This document shows, piece by piece, positions 9,492 to 22,919 of a stretch of DNA of 64,000 bases. The stretch lies in assembly GCA_964016885.1 (NCBI GenBank), contig OZ024743.1, forward strand, positions 359,786,001 through 359,850,000, in the 5' to 3' direction. The position numbers and the translations under genes are program-made. Position 1 is the first letter of the stretch, and each line of letters opens with the position of its first letter. The notes under the pieces are model-generated. The model was not told the DNA's origin. It worked only from the letters and a program-made list of their open reading frames with translations, and did not search any database. Source of the DNA: Eledone cirrhosa (taxonomy: Eukaryota).

Positions 9492-11177
9492 ATGGCGGAA
9501 AAGATGGCAGACATGTCTGCCATTAGCTCTGCCACGCCCCCCAAGTCTGAAGAACAAAAAATAATTACAACAAAATTAGACATTGAAACAAACAAACAAA
9601 ATGAAAAAACAAATGTTAAGGAAAATGAGCAAACAGAAAACAAACAAACAGAAAATAATACAAATAACGACAGGGCAACTTTCGCCCAGAAAACAAAACA
9701 ATCCATTACATACACGCCAATTGACCTAACTGCCGCCAGAGAAAAACTGGCCGAAGCAAAGAAACACATTGTTTTGGGGGAGAACGGAATGTTTTCCATT
9801 AACTCCCCCCCAGAATTCAAGAAAGCCAGAGCAGAAAACACAGTTCTCTACAGAACTATACTGAACCAAACAAGAAAGCCAGCACAGCCCAGCCAAATGG
9901 AAATAGAGTTAGTCCTAAAAGACTATATGAAGAATATTCTCTTCATACGAAAGGACCGACTCTATGGCAGCATTTCGGTCCTAACAAGAGACAAAGAAAC
10001 GGCGGAGAAGCTTTCCCTAAGCCCACTCTCGTCGACAACATATAGCTTCTATCCCTCCTACATGGGTAGAAGAACACAGAGAGTAAAAGTAAAAACAATG
10101 CTGCCCACAATGGACTTCTGGTGGGCTATTGCTGGCTTCATTGATATGGGCGAAGACACAATGCTGTCAATGGGGAAGGCAACTGGAGATGCGTTCCTGG
10201 GAATGGGCCTCGACATACTAGTCCAAATGATGCCCGAAAGAATAGCACAAATCCCGGATCGCATCTGGCTGGATGACCTTACCCCAATAGACATAATTGT
10301 AGAGGGGAGAAGACCAGCATGCTATTTATGCATGGAAAGGAGACACGTTAAGGCTAACTGCCCGAAACGTATCCCCCAAAAAGGACTATTGCCCACACCC
10401 ACCACAAACAGTACACCAACACCACCCACCTCCAAAAATACACTAATACCACACACAGCAAACAAAATACAGACACCACCAACCACAAACACAACACAAA
10501 CATCACCACCACCAGCACCAAACACAAGCACGACACAAAAATCACCACCACCAACCACAACACAAACATCACCACCACCATTACCAACCACAAGCACGAC
10601 ACAAACATTACCACCACCACCACAAAACCCATTCCAAACAAATAATAAAAAAAACAGTAACAAATCTACCCCTCCCGCAAAAAAAAAACAACCACACAAC
10701 ACGTCCCTCCCACCTAGCGCTGAAGAGTTTCCCCCAACTTCTGAAGAAGAAGGAGGAAAAGCCTTCAGACAAGTTAAAAGAAAAAAAAGAAAACACACAC
10801 CCAGCACACCACAAATAACCCACACACAAACACCAACTCCAATCAAAAACACCCCACCCTCAACAAACAAAAATAAATCTGCGCCTCCCCTCTCCGAAAC
10901 ATTGACAGCATCACAAAAAAAGACGTTGCAATACACATATATAAATAAAGAAAACAAAAAACTGGTTAAATTAATAAACAATAACCCTATGGTGCAGACC
11001 GAAGGGCCAAACTTTATTTCAACAGAGAACTTCACCCATTTAAAAATGATAAAGGTCCCTCTGGACCTTTATCGTTCCTTAAAAGAACAATTTAGACGGG
11101 ACGTGAGCCCCCCCCTGTTTAAAACCGTTGAATCGCGTCCTCTTGAAAGATTTCCCCATAACCGCCCCTCTCCCTGA
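9492..11177 (+). CDS. LINE ORF1p, gag-like nucleic-acid-binding protein with CCHC zinc knuckle; true C-terminus probably runs to ~11325 after a frameshift near 11110
   Basis: 570-aa ORF with CYLCMERRHVKANC (CX2CX4HX4C), a Pro/Thr-rich linker and basic KRKKRK. The alternative-frame tail NRVLLKDFP matches the in-frame tail NRVLLKHFP of copy 2. Confidence 0.88.
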   Translation: MAEKMADMSAISSATPPKSEEQKIITTKLDIETNKQNEKTNVKENEQTENKQTENNTNNDRATFAQKTKQSITYTPIDLTAAREKLAEAKKHIVLGENGMFSINSPPEFKKARAENTVLYRTILNQTRKPAQPSQMEIELVLKDYMKNILFIRKDRLYGSISVLTRDKETAEKLSLSPLSSTTYSFYPSYMGRRTQRVKVKTMLPTMDFWWAIAGFIDMGEDTMLSMGKATGDAFLGMGLDILVQMMPERIAQIPDRIWLDDLTPIDIIVEGRRPACYLCMERRHVKANCPKRIPQKGLLPTPTTNSTPTPPTSKNTLIPHTANKIQTPPTTNTTQTSPPPAPNTSTTQKSPPPTTTQTSPPPLPTTSTTQTLPPPPQNPFQTNNKKNSNKSTPPAKKKQPHNTSLPPSAEEFPPTSEEEGGKAFRQVKRKKRKHTPSTPQITHTQTPTPIKNTPPSTNKNKSAPPLSETLTASQKKTLQYTYINKENKKLVKLINNNPMVQTEGPNFISTENFTHLKMIKVPLDLYRSLKEQFRRDVSPPLFKTVESRPLERFPHNRPSP

Positions 11178-11321
11178 CACAACTCCAAATACCCCAACCC
11201 CACCACACACGTGTACCCCCACACCACCACAAAACATCCCTCCACCCAACACACCTGATGCCATGGAAATTACACAACCCGGAGAGGTAAGTGCTTTTCT
11301 TTCTTCACTTTCAACACCAAA

Positions 11322-14300
11322 ATAGATCAATTGAGAGTTGGCTGTTTGAACGCGCGTGGCCTGGGCTCAGCTTGGAAGCAAGCAAAGCTTCTAAGTGACC
11401 TCAGGTCACAAAGTATAGATGTGATGGTTGTTTGCGAGAGTCGGATCAGCAGCGTGAGACAGCTGGCGCCCGCCTTCGATGACTTTGAGATGCACGCATC
11501 TCTCTGTCAACCCGGAGGCGGGGGGGGGGGGGAGTTGCCGTACTGCTGGATAAACGTCTGACTCTCGACGTACAGATTGTTCACTCGGACCCGGGGGGTC
11601 GATTACTGGTGCTGGACGTCGGAGGCGGTGAAGGCGGGGCTTTCAGACTGGTCGGTCTTTATGCTCCCTTCGGGGCGGAAAGAGCCGACTTCTTCCAGCG
11701 TCTGGAGACTTTTCTAGGAACGTCGCGTTCCCTGCTTTTAGTGGGGGACTGGAATGGAATCCTAGATGCGCGTTGGGACTATGCAGGGGCATGTCCCGAT
11801 AGAGGGGGGTGTAGCAGCCTCAAGGGGTTACTCGATCGATTCGACCTGGTCGATAGATTTCGACTAGATTGTCCAACTGCGCCAACCTGGACCTGGGCAA
11901 ACCGCAGTGGACAATCTAGATCGTACCTAGATAGGTTTTTGGTTAGGAGTAAGGATAGGGACGTATTTAGTTGTCCAGAACTGATCATGGTTGGCTATTC
12001 AGATCACAAATTAGTGACCTGCGTGGTCAACCTTGATAGAACGCATAGACAGGGTCCCGGTTACTGGAAGATGAACTTGTCCTTACCGACAAAGAAAGAT
12101 TACAGAAACCGGATTAGTAGCTTAGTTAAGATGCGGTTGACGGGAGCGATCGTCAAGAGTAGGTGGTGGATATCTCTAAAGAGAGAGATTAGAGTAAGTT
12201 CGATAGGTTACAGTAAGGAACTAGCGGCGAATAGAAATAGGAGGGAAAGGGAGTTAACAGATAAACTAGAAGAGGCGATTAGGAGCGGAGACGTAGCCAG
12301 AGTGTTAGCGACGAGAACGGCATTGAGCCAGTTCTTTGACGCGAAGCACGAAGGCTGCGTTGTCCGAAGTAAAATACGTGCTTTAGGAAACGAGGGGACC
12401 AAAGCTGTTAGCTGGGCCCGCGTGACAGAAGCCAAGAGTGGGATTAAATCCACCATTCGGTCTTTGCGAGACCAGGATGGACGGGTGATCCTTGAACCTG
12501 AGCGAATGTGCGAGACCTTTCAAAGGCACTTTGCTCGACTGTTCGGAGGTGGCGGGGGGCCGGACGGGGATGTGGACTTCGGTCCATACCTCGACGGTCT
12601 ACCGCGTCTTTCGAGCGGCGAAGCGGAGTGCTGCGAAAGGCCAATCACAGCCACTGAAATCGGGGAAGCGCTCAGCCAATGCAGCAGACGCAAATCCCCG
12701 GGTCTCGATGGTCTACCATACGCACTTTATTTAGCTATGCCGGTCTTGTTCTCCGAACTCCTCGAGGCTGTCTATTGCAACTGGCAACAGAACGGGAGAA
12801 TTCCCTGTTCTGTGACCAAGGGCGTGGTCACGCTAGTGAGGAAGGACGAGAGCAAAGGGGACGACTTAAGTAACTTTAGGCCCATAACTCTGCTGAATGC
12901 AGAGTTACAGATTTTGGCCAAGGTGTTGGCGAAGAGGTTGGCGCTTGTGGTGGGTGGTTTGGTGGGAGACGCGCAGACATGCGCTATCCCGTCCAGGTCC
13001 ATTCACGACAACCTCCACCTCATGCGATACATCATAGAGAGGGTTGGCTACGAACCCGGCTTTGGTGGGGCCCTGATCAACTTGGATCAATCTAAGGCGT
13101 TCGATAGGGTCGACCATGGTTACCTGGATGCGGTGCTAGCGGCGGCGGGCTTCGGACCCGTTTTCAGGGGCTGGATTTCTGCCATGCACAGTGGCAACAT
13201 CTACTCTAGGATTAAAGTAAACGGCTACCTCTCGGAGCCGTTTCAAATCACCCGATCCATCAGACAGGGGTGCCCCCTCTCCTCCCTTCTGTACGTATTG
13301 ACTCTCGAGCCACTGCTGCGGAAGTTGAAGTTGCTGCGGGGCATACCCCTGGAACCGGGATTGCACAAAGCGGTCTCGGCCTATGCCGACGACGTAACAG
13401 TAATGGTGGCGGACGCCTCGGAAATCGGGGCGATCGCCACCCTACTGGAGGAATACGAAAGGCTGACGGGGCTAAGCTGAACCAGGACAAGTCAGTCGGT
13501 TTGCAACTCGGAACGTGGAGGGGCAAACCGATGCCGTTAGACGGTGTCGTCGGGCGGTGGACGGAGGTGGTGAAGCTGCTCGGGGTCTGGTTCGGACCGG
13601 ACCTCCAGGTGGAGAACAATTGGGGCGAGGTGACGAGCAGGGTGTTTGCGCTGACCCAGAAGTGGGCCAAGTGCAAACTATCACTGAAAGGTCGGGCGGA
13701 GGTGACGAACGCTTACATAGAGTCCGTCATCTACTACCGCCTGACCGTCGTGCCTTGCCCTAAGGAAAAGCTCACCATCATGGAACGCATGCTCTTCCAG
13801 TTCCTCTGGAAGAAGCGGCCTCCCATGGTGAGGAGATCCATCTGCTGCCAGCACCCTTCGAAAGGAGGGCTGGGTATGCCGTGGCTGTTGATGCGTAGGC
13901 ACGCATTGAGGCTACGGCATCTACAGGTATTCCTCAACGGTCAGCCGGTGTGGGCCCCGTTTGTGAGGCGAGCCTTCCCACAGCTCGTCTCGCTCACCGA
14001 ACTGCAATCCTGGGTGAAGCAAAGACCGAGAAAACTGGGCAACTGGCACACCGAGTGTGCCCAGGCGCTCACAGCTATCTGGCAAGCGGACCCGACTGTC
14101 AGTGGAGAATCCACCTCGACATTCTATAGAGGGTTGGTGGCTAGCAGGGGCGACGACACCCTTGGAGAGTCGCTAGGCATGGAGGAGGACGAACTGGCCA
14201 GCCTGTTCGGTAGAACTTTCGGCCCGGGACCCATGGACAACTTCCAGAGGTCCCTAGCCTGGCAGTGTTACCGGGGGGCTCTGCCCGTTCGAGAAAAGCT

Positions 14301-14760
14301 CTACAGACACGGGCGCCCGGGCAGGGATCCCGCGAAAAAGATCTGTCCCAGATGCGTGCGCGACGAGGAAACCGTTGCGCATGCACTGGTACACTGCCTG
14401 GGCGTTGCCGATCTGTGGGGCTACGTCGAACGACTGCTGTCGCGTGTGGCGCCGATTCGATTAACCGCCGAGTCTGTGGTGAACATCAAGCCGCCTCCTC
14501 CCTTCAGAAATGAAGCAGAGGCGGTCTTTCTGTGCGTAATAGCCATGATGAAAGAGGTTGTGTGGTGGACGCGCCTGAAAGGTCTGAGGTCGGGTGACTT
14601 TCTCTCCGGCCATCACCTGGTTTACTTCTTCCGATACCACTTCGGAAGAAGAATCAGGATGGAGAGAGAAGTGCTTGGTCCCAGACAGTTTTATGAAAGG
14701 TGGGTGAAAGAAGCGAGAATGGCCCGTGTAAATGGGCCTTCTCTCTACATTGTTCTGTAG
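11322..14760 (+). pseudogene. LINE ORF2p: AP endonuclease + reverse transcriptase + C-terminal zinc finger; start reads ATA; frameshifts at ~11520-11532 and ~13468
   Basis: GCLNARGL, LVGDWN, YLDRFLV, SDHK, KSPGLDG, FRPITLLN, LDQSKAFDRV, RQGCPLS, AYADDV, GGLG, CPRC..ETVAHALVHC, spread over ORFs 11331-11561, 11609-13480 and 13270-14760. Confidence 0.93.
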
Positions 14761-14989
14761 GTGAAGAAGTGAAGAGGAAAGGGGGAGCGCCTCCTCTCTG
14801 GGCTTCCCCCGCGAAAAGAGTTGCACACTTTTCGGGGGTATGTGCAATCCCCAACACGCCCCCTCCCTTTTGAGGACTTTTTATTGTTATATTATTATTG
14901 TTATTCCTTTTTTCTTTACTCGATTTATGTAAACTCCCCCACTGTGTAAATGTCCCCTTCTTTTGTGCCCTCGTGGCAAATAAATAGAC

Positions 14990-15045
<56 letters not shown>

Positions 15046-15047
<2 letters not shown>

Positions 15048-15380
15048 GGATTAACAAATAATAGTTAAATGCAGTCCACTTAGGTGAAGTCCAGTTATGG
15101 TATTCCAGGTAGTGGATGATATTAACGCTTGGCTTGGTTTGACTCAACAAGGCGTTTTCATAGTGATGCTGCGGGTATGCTGTAATTCCTATGTTGTAAA
15201 CACTTGGAGTAATAATAAATCAGGAAAGAAGGTTTACATGGTTTGCTATACAAAAAAGTTTTTAATCACATAGCTTACATTTGTTTCACTGAACTGGTCT
15301 GTCTAGAGATCGCTATCCGCCTAATTTTGCGTCACTCGATCGCCAATACAGAATTATAACCAGTCAGATCTTCGGAGCAT
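15046..15380 (-). mobile_element. Solo pLTR of the Naiad-like PLE family
   Basis: Near-identical to 5265-5545 / 1875-2040. Retains the CCGAAGA core, but the cleavage-site region is altered. Abuts (TA)n 15010-15045. Confidence 0.88.
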
Positions 15381-16493
15381 ACACATAGGAAGGTGTGACT
15401 CTAGAGACATTATCATTTTACTGCGATGAAACTGATTTTATAGCATTCATTCACAGAGTATCGGGGAATTACTCATCACAGGAGTGAGTCATTATTTCGG
15501 AAGTTGTTGGGAAAAGAGGATAACATCAGTAAATATACGACAGTCTGGTCTTAAGTTCACAAAATGAGAGGAGTGTAAACAGATGAAGTGTGAGTTAATG
15601 TCGTAGTCTTACAACCATTTTAAACAACAATAGAGTACTGCACCCATATCTAGGACTGCAAAGAAATGTTATTGATTAACATAAAGTAGCTTAACAAAAT
15701 CTCTGGTTTACAGATAGCTGAAACCAGTAGATATTTCACAAAAATTCACATAAAACTGTTAAAAAGTGCCAGAAAGGAAATAGAAATAGTTAAGAAACAG
15801 ATCTTCTAGTTAAAATCTAACAAAATTGCTACAATGAGAACAAACAAATCTAAAATTTCTTTGTCGTATGTTTCTTGTAAAAATATACAACGAGTAAAAG
15901 AGAAATAATCTAATGAGAAAACAATTTCAGCGCTGATAAATGTTCATAATACAATAAATCAGAATGTTGCTGTCACCGATGTGTGATCATTTTCACCCTG
16001 GCACTGTATATACTATCTTCTAATTTATTTATTCTTGTGTGTTTATGTATACCATCGTTAACGTATACAAATAAAATAGATATATGAAAAGCAGCGAATA
16101 TTCCAACTGTGTCATTATGACCACGATTCAAACACAAATTAATGCGCTACTCAATATATAAATATCTTTAGATTATATAACTTCAGGAAATTATATGGTA
16201 TGGGAAATGCTTAGCTTGTTACTACTTTCTAATACACAATTACATATAATTTCAACTTTCAAAGTTAGCTTTGTCACCATTTGCTGTTGGTCTATTTTAC
16301 ACGTAGCTCTTTCGTTTTACCGTTCAATAGTGAGCTTCGTACTACTTTTCTAACAGACAATTACACATAATTTGAATTTTCAGATTTAACATTGTCACAT
16401 TCCCACTTCGTCATGTCTTAGAAATAGCTTCTTTCGTTACACATTTACTTTGTAATTTAAGTGAAAAAAAGATAATATAAATACACTCTAAAA

Positions 16494-16551
<58 letters not shown>

Positions 16552-16602
16552 TATCACTCCTCTCTCTCTACACACCAATAAACGCGCATATACATATATA
16601 TG

Positions 16603-16647
<45 letters not shown>

Positions 16648-18094
16648 GTGTGTGTGTGTATACATATATATACACATACATACATATATATATTTATATA
16701 TACACAAACTCAATACCAGTGCGTAGATTATTGGAAAAGTATTTGGGCTGTTAATTTTTAAAAACCGAATTCAATGGTTTGTTATTCCATTCACAGACCT
16801 GTAATTGAAATATCAATGAGATTCCTTTCTGCGAACATTATAGCAAATTGAAATATAATGCAAATCAACGGTGCATCTTCAATCTGTTAAAGAACGTCAC
16901 TAAATAGATAATCTAGCACCAAACATGTTGATAAATGGATAGATGAATGTATACATAGGAAGAGAGATAGGGGAAGAGAAAGTAAAAGATGGACAAAGAG
17001 TGAGCATAAAAGGGAGAAAGAACGTGTGGCTGAGAGGGAGAGAATGTGAAAGAGTGCCAAAATGAGAGTTATAGAGAGATATAAAGAGAAATACTTGTTA
17101 ATAAATAGAAATATTATTATAGTTACATTGATAGAGGAATTGATTAAAACCTATACATATGTATATATCTTTGTAATAAAACACATACTCCATCTAACAA
17201 CCATTTTGTGCTAGATTTATTTGGGGAATGGTAATTTTATATTATTCGTCTCAAGAATAAAATCTGTAGTTTTTATACTATTATTATGGCATCATTCCTA
17301 TGTTAACTCTCTTTGCCATTGGTTTACCAGTCTCTGTACCCTTGTTTCTTATTTTCAGTACTAATGGACCGTGTACCAAATTATCATACAACCCATTTGA
17401 AGTACTGGATTTTTGGGGTGGTCCAGTTACCTAATTCCGGTCTATATATGTGTTTTCAAGAGCTGATATGTGTACGAATATTATTACAATTGTTTATTAA
17501 TCTTGAATTTTTCACTGCATCATTGTGAATTTTTACCCATCATCGATCGTACTGAATTATTATCATACACGAGTGCAGAGTTGTAATTTTCAATGACTTT
17601 ACTAACACTAGGATTGGTATTTTCTGTATCAACATTAGTTCAAAGGGGGAGGTCATTTGGTTTGTTATCATTGATCAATGTGCAAGATGGAAAGAGCTTA
17701 TTGTTACACATATGTATAATTTGGTTTATGTATCCACTCCTACATGGTATTCGTTTTAGTACAGGCATTCTCTGGAATATATCATTATTACCTTAAGGTC
17801 TAGAAACCCGAAGAGAAATATTGTTATCTCGTCCTTTGGTGATATACATAGGATTATTGGAAATTCGGAGAACGTATTGGAGATATACATTACTTTTGAG
17901 GTATGGAAGCAAAAAAAAAAAAAAAGATATAAAAGAACCCCTACAAAGAACCATGGAAATATCCAGGAAATTGGTTTCTTTTAGAAGTTTCCGAAATTGA
18001 CTTTATTCTCTAAAGAAACCGTAGATTCTAAGATTCTATGTTTCTTTCTCCCCATCTCTTTCTCGGTCTCTCTCATCTCTGTCTCTTTCTCTGC

Positions 18095-18125
<31 letters not shown>

Positions 18126-18155
18126 AGATACACATACATATAGATACAAAAGTAT

Positions 18156-18290
<135 letters not shown>

Positions 18291-19148
18291 TATGCGTGTG
18301 TGAAGAGAAAATGGATGATTCTTTGTCTATTCACTCCTCGCATTTATAATTTGTTAATAGCTCTGGTTAAATGATTATTTTAATTCTGATTATTTGAACT
18401 CGTTTGGTCATTAGGCAAAATTGTTCAAGGCGTGACATTACACACACATATATTTATGTATTTATGTATCTGTGTGTGTATTTTATAACTTTATTGTATA
18501 TAGATATCGTATTTAACTTTGGATTTCCCGACCAAGTGACGTCACCTTTACTATAAGCCTGAAAGTGTTACACTCAGTGATGGCAGGGGCTGTACTTGTA
18601 TTAGACAAACATTCCCATTACAAGGGAGCGATCACCTGCCGAGGAAATGCGTACCACCCAGTTGTGTACTGTCTGCAGATATAGTATAACTACTGTGAAT
18701 AACAGTAGCAGTTGTAACTGTTATAAGAACTCTGTAGAATAGAATTATAAATTTGTATTTCTACCGTACAAACCTTATAATAGTATTGCCCTAGAAGCTG
18801 AATTCCCGTCGGCTAGTTTCGTAAACTAATATGATAATATGATTACAAGCGAATTAAATAGTTCTAGTCCTGTAGAGGTCACTTCTATATATAATAAAGA
18901 TGCCTATGCTCTCCCACTGTTTTGAGTGCCTTTTTTAACTGTTGTTACCCCCGACACAACTAGGGTATATCTATATATATTTTATATATATGTATATTCC
19001 GGGTTCAATCGGGGATAACCAGAGTAAGTAAGGTACTCAATACATTACATAGCAGAGTTTAAATATTTAATATAATGAAACAGTTCTAGTCCTGGAGAAG
19101 CCATTTCTATATTAAATATTATATATATATATATATGTGTGTGTGCGC

Positions 19149-19297
<149 letters not shown>

Positions 19298-19439
19298 CCT
19301 GACTGTAGGTTTATCTTTCTGTGGTATGTATATATGTCAGTAGACCAAAGTTAGACAAATATATTTAGGTTTGTTGCAGTAAAAGTATTTGTTAAAATAC
19401 ATTCAATACACGATTTCTTTATTTTCAAAACTGGTCATA

Positions 19440-20420
19440 TGACGAAAACTCAATTATTTCAACAAAGAGTTGAAAGTAGATTAATTCTATTGGTTTTTGT
19501 AATTATCTTCAATCTCATTTTTTCTTTTGATAAACCTTGTCCTCATCTTGTGATCTATTTAGGATATAATGTCATCTAGTTTCTGAATAGAACCTGGAAT
19601 GTTGTACATTGTTAAAATGTTTGTAAAACATGACGTTCCTTGTATTGAATGAGTTAATCTACTTAACTCTACAGTACATAAAAAATAAGTTATACAGAAA
19701 CAAATAAATGCTTTTCTTCCCTTTCGAGTGTATGGACACATGATTTAAGATGATCGCTTTGCAACCTGGCGTTTCGGGTTTCGACACACAACACGAAAGT
19801 TGAGAACGTTTCTCTATCTATATATTTCAATTGATCAATGAATTTTGGGTGGAATGTGGTTGACGGAAAATACGAAACGATCTGTTTTATACTCACTCAT
19901 TATTCCTTTGTTCAATGTATTGTTTCTTGCTCATGTTTAAGACTTCACCTTGTGTATTTTCCATGCGCTTGTAGTTATTCTGTTGTCGTACTGCCCCACT
20001 CGCATCTTTGTTAATAGCTGTTTTCTCGTCTTTCTACGTACATTTTCACTTTCAATTGTGTAAATATTTCCATGTCTATTTTACACGTAACACCAAACGA
20101 ATCATTTATAACACGTTTCCCTTCTGTCCCTCGGCCTTTTTCTCGCTCTCTTTTCTTTATTTTCTGTCTCTCTCGTCTTCATCTTCTGAATGTTTTTCTT
20201 CCTTCCTCCACTATTTGAGGAGCCCATAGGTACCAATCGTCAGTAATAACCTTTTTTGTCTCTCATCAATTTTTCACCATTACCCTGACTTCCCTCTATT
20301 GTTCTGGTCAAATTTAGACCTGTCTTTATAGCTTGTTCCCACTTATATCTTTCTCGGAAGAAACTCACAAATATATGTTCCATTCTTTGCACATATTCCT
20401 TGTATCGACTTGGTTTATTT
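19440..20420 (-). mobile_element. Highly decayed PLE (RT/GIY-YIG) remnant
   Basis: Minus strand has gtacctatgggctcc (VPMGS, near 20230), a YVDD-like remnant near 20035, and an SNH.P-like stretch near 19855. Confidence 0.45.
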
Positions 20421-20639
20421 ATACTTACTTTTAAATGTTTTTGATTACAGCGCTGTTTGTTCTAATCAGAACAAATTCTGGCGTGTATATTCACTTATAA
20501 TTCATTGAAATGGAAAACAAATCTCGAATCTACAGATCACACCTGGACGCTTTCGGTATTGCATCTAAAAACACGAAAGCTTTTACTTAAAAAAGAAGGT
20601 TTACATGAGACTAAGAAAATAAACATTTAAAAAACAAAC

Positions 20640-22880
20640 ATAACAAATTACACAAAGGTGAAGAGACACCAGAAGTCACTTGTGGAGAAGCCTCACAAAA
20701 GTCAGTCACCTTGTCCGCAAAAGCGAAGTACCCCCACTCGTACCTCAGAGATTCTGGTCTCGCTGTTGGCCACCACATCTATGTTCAGCGACCTGAGGTC
20801 GTTGAGCATATGACTCTTCTTCCAAGATCACTCAAGGCCAAGTGAGATTATACTGCCTAACCCGAGAGAAGTCATGTTGGATAAGTTAGTAGGCAAACAG
20901 ATGAGAGGGGAAAAAATCTTACCTTTAGCTTTTTGGAAAGAGTGTGGGTGATCCATCTACCCGACCAGTAGTGCACTTTTCCACGAGAATGCCAGAGTAT
21001 ATTCTTTTCGTGACAGCCCCTCGATAGTCTCCAATTGCCGCGGGAAAATTTTCTTTGAAGTTGTATAAGTCTTCTGGGAAATATCGATTATTTTTGTGTG
21101 TGCATGGTGCAATTTTCGTGTTTTGTGTGTAATTTGTTTCTGTGACGTTGGTGTTGTGTTGTATGTAATTTAGGAGTTTTTTGTTGTCTGTGTCTACAGC
21201 TATGTATTGTGTCTTCTGTTGGGATGTTAGGGCTTTTTGTGTTTGCTGTGGTGTTGCTGGAGGTGACGATGGGGTTGATGATGATGGTGGTGGTGGTTGC
21301 CGTGCTGGGCCTCTTGATGATGATAGTGCTGGTTGTGGTGGCATTGATGTCTTCACTTTTTCATTTGTATCGACCTCTTTTTTTAGGGCGAAGGGTGGGA
21401 GTTCTTTTATTCATTTTCGCTCCGAGAATGTTTCACCCTTTGGCGTCATCACACTCGTGGTCCGATTGTACGGTGTCAGGAAGGGATATAATATTTCTGG
21501 CGTTGGTTCCGCTGTTGGTGTTTCTGTTATTGATGTTGCCGCTGCTGGTGCCGGTCTCAGTACTTTTACTGTTCAGGCCACTCTAGTCAGGGACCCGGCG
21601 CCGGGAGGAAAGGGGTGGCGCGTTCCTGCCTTGCTTAGTTTTGGGCAGAAGGTCTTTAGGTGCATTTTGCCCCCACACATCTGACAGCTTGTCATACTAG
21701 ACTCGACACTCACGGGTAGTGGGCTGCTGTCGTCCAGGCCGATTACATCAGGAATGGCTTCCATATTCTTATGCTTTGGTGGATTAGCAGCTCCATCCCT
21801 GATCCTGAGCTGCTCCCTTGTTTTATTTGAATCAAGTCTAAAATGTTGGCTGTCACTTCGACGTCAGTGAAAACGGCTGGCTGCTATTGGCCAACATATC
21901 TTTGTTGATGGCGGAACCTGGGTTACTCGGACATTAAAAACGTTTTGGTCGCAGTTCTTCGGCACCATGGTCATATTTTCGTTGGGGAGTGGCGTGATCG
22001 AGTGTGCCCTGACGTATTCGGGGGTAGCAAAGAGAACATCCATGGTGCCTTATTTTGTCCCCCGGACTATGGATGTTTTTTGGGCCAAGACAGAACCCCT
22101 TTGGACTTACGACTTGGTCTCTCAATCCAGCCCGCTTGATTTGTGTCCAATTGTACGGTACAATACAGTAAAAAAAGTCTGATTTTCATGACGGTGGATG
22201 ACGGCTGAAACTGACCCTTTGGCTGTTCTTCATAACCAAAAGCTTGACCTCCGCCATCTTCTCGTTACTGATGTGGACCCTTTCTATGTTTTTGGCCTAC
22301 CTCGCGAGGGATATGGCCTCTTATGCGGCTCCTGCCTGCTTTGAGGATTCGTTATCTTTGCTTCTGTTGTTACTTCTGTTGTCATTGTTGTTGTTTTTGT
22401 TGTTGTTGTTGCCGTTGTTGCTGTTACTGTTGCCGTTGTTGTTTCTGCTGCTGCTAATGCTTCTGTTACTGGTGTTGATACTGTTGGTAGTGATGGTGAC
22501 AGCGGCGGCGGTGATGGTAGTGTCTGTACTGATGATTGTGTTAGTCGGTGTGGTGGTGGCATGATTCATCTTCAGCTCTACGTCTGACATACTGAAAATA
22601 CGCACATTTTTCTCGTGCGAAATATCTGCGCTCTCGCATATAGGAGGTGTGTTTTACTTCTATATTTCTTTTTGAAAATTTAAAACATTTTGGGGGATAT
22701 TTTTCAAAGAAGAAAATACAATATTTGGACCAAGAGCCAAAATATTATGGGGTTGCCTTTGTTGAGGGTCACGTCAGGCACCCTATAAACTGTTTGTGAC
22801 AAAATAATTGACAAAAAAGTTTTAGTAAATAAGTGAAAAAAGGACAAACTTACAGAAACCGATAGAAACACGTCTGTATA
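20640..22880 (-). mobile_element. Decayed, 3'-truncated Tx1/L1-clade LINE (5' UTR, ORF1, start of ORF2 endonuclease)
   Basis: Zinc knuckle CQMCGGKMHLKTFC (21573-21764). 'LTSQQKTQYI..NKKLL' parallels copy-1 ORF1 'LTASQKKTLQY..NKKLV'. LNDLRS-coding DNA near 20800. 5' motif agacgtg...tcgg is shared with 26043. Confidence 0.8.
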
Positions 22881-22919
22881 ACCCAATGACGATAATAATT
22901 ATAATGGCTTGTACTTTGA

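Larger units (their letters stand above)
9290..14992 (+). mobile_element. Full-length Tx1/L1-clade non-LTR retrotransposon (ORF1 + ORF2)
   Basis: Two-ORF structure, 3' UTR with AATAAA at 14979-14984, (TATC)n on both sides. Confidence 0.95.

Noticed and set aside
11287-11325. 39-nt GT..AG mini-intron fusing ORF1 to ORF2
   Set aside because: It is too short, splicing gives an immediate stop (ATC AAT TGA), and the AG seems to result from an ATG>ATA change that copy 2 lacks.
10058-11330. Minus-strand hydrophobic Val/Gly-rich ORFs (also 21181-22564 plus strand and 26175-28198 minus strand)
   Set aside because: They are antisense shadows of A/C-rich LINE ORF1 sequence.
17200-17880. Possible decayed PLE endonuclease region on the minus strand
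   Set aside because: No motif could be read with confidence.
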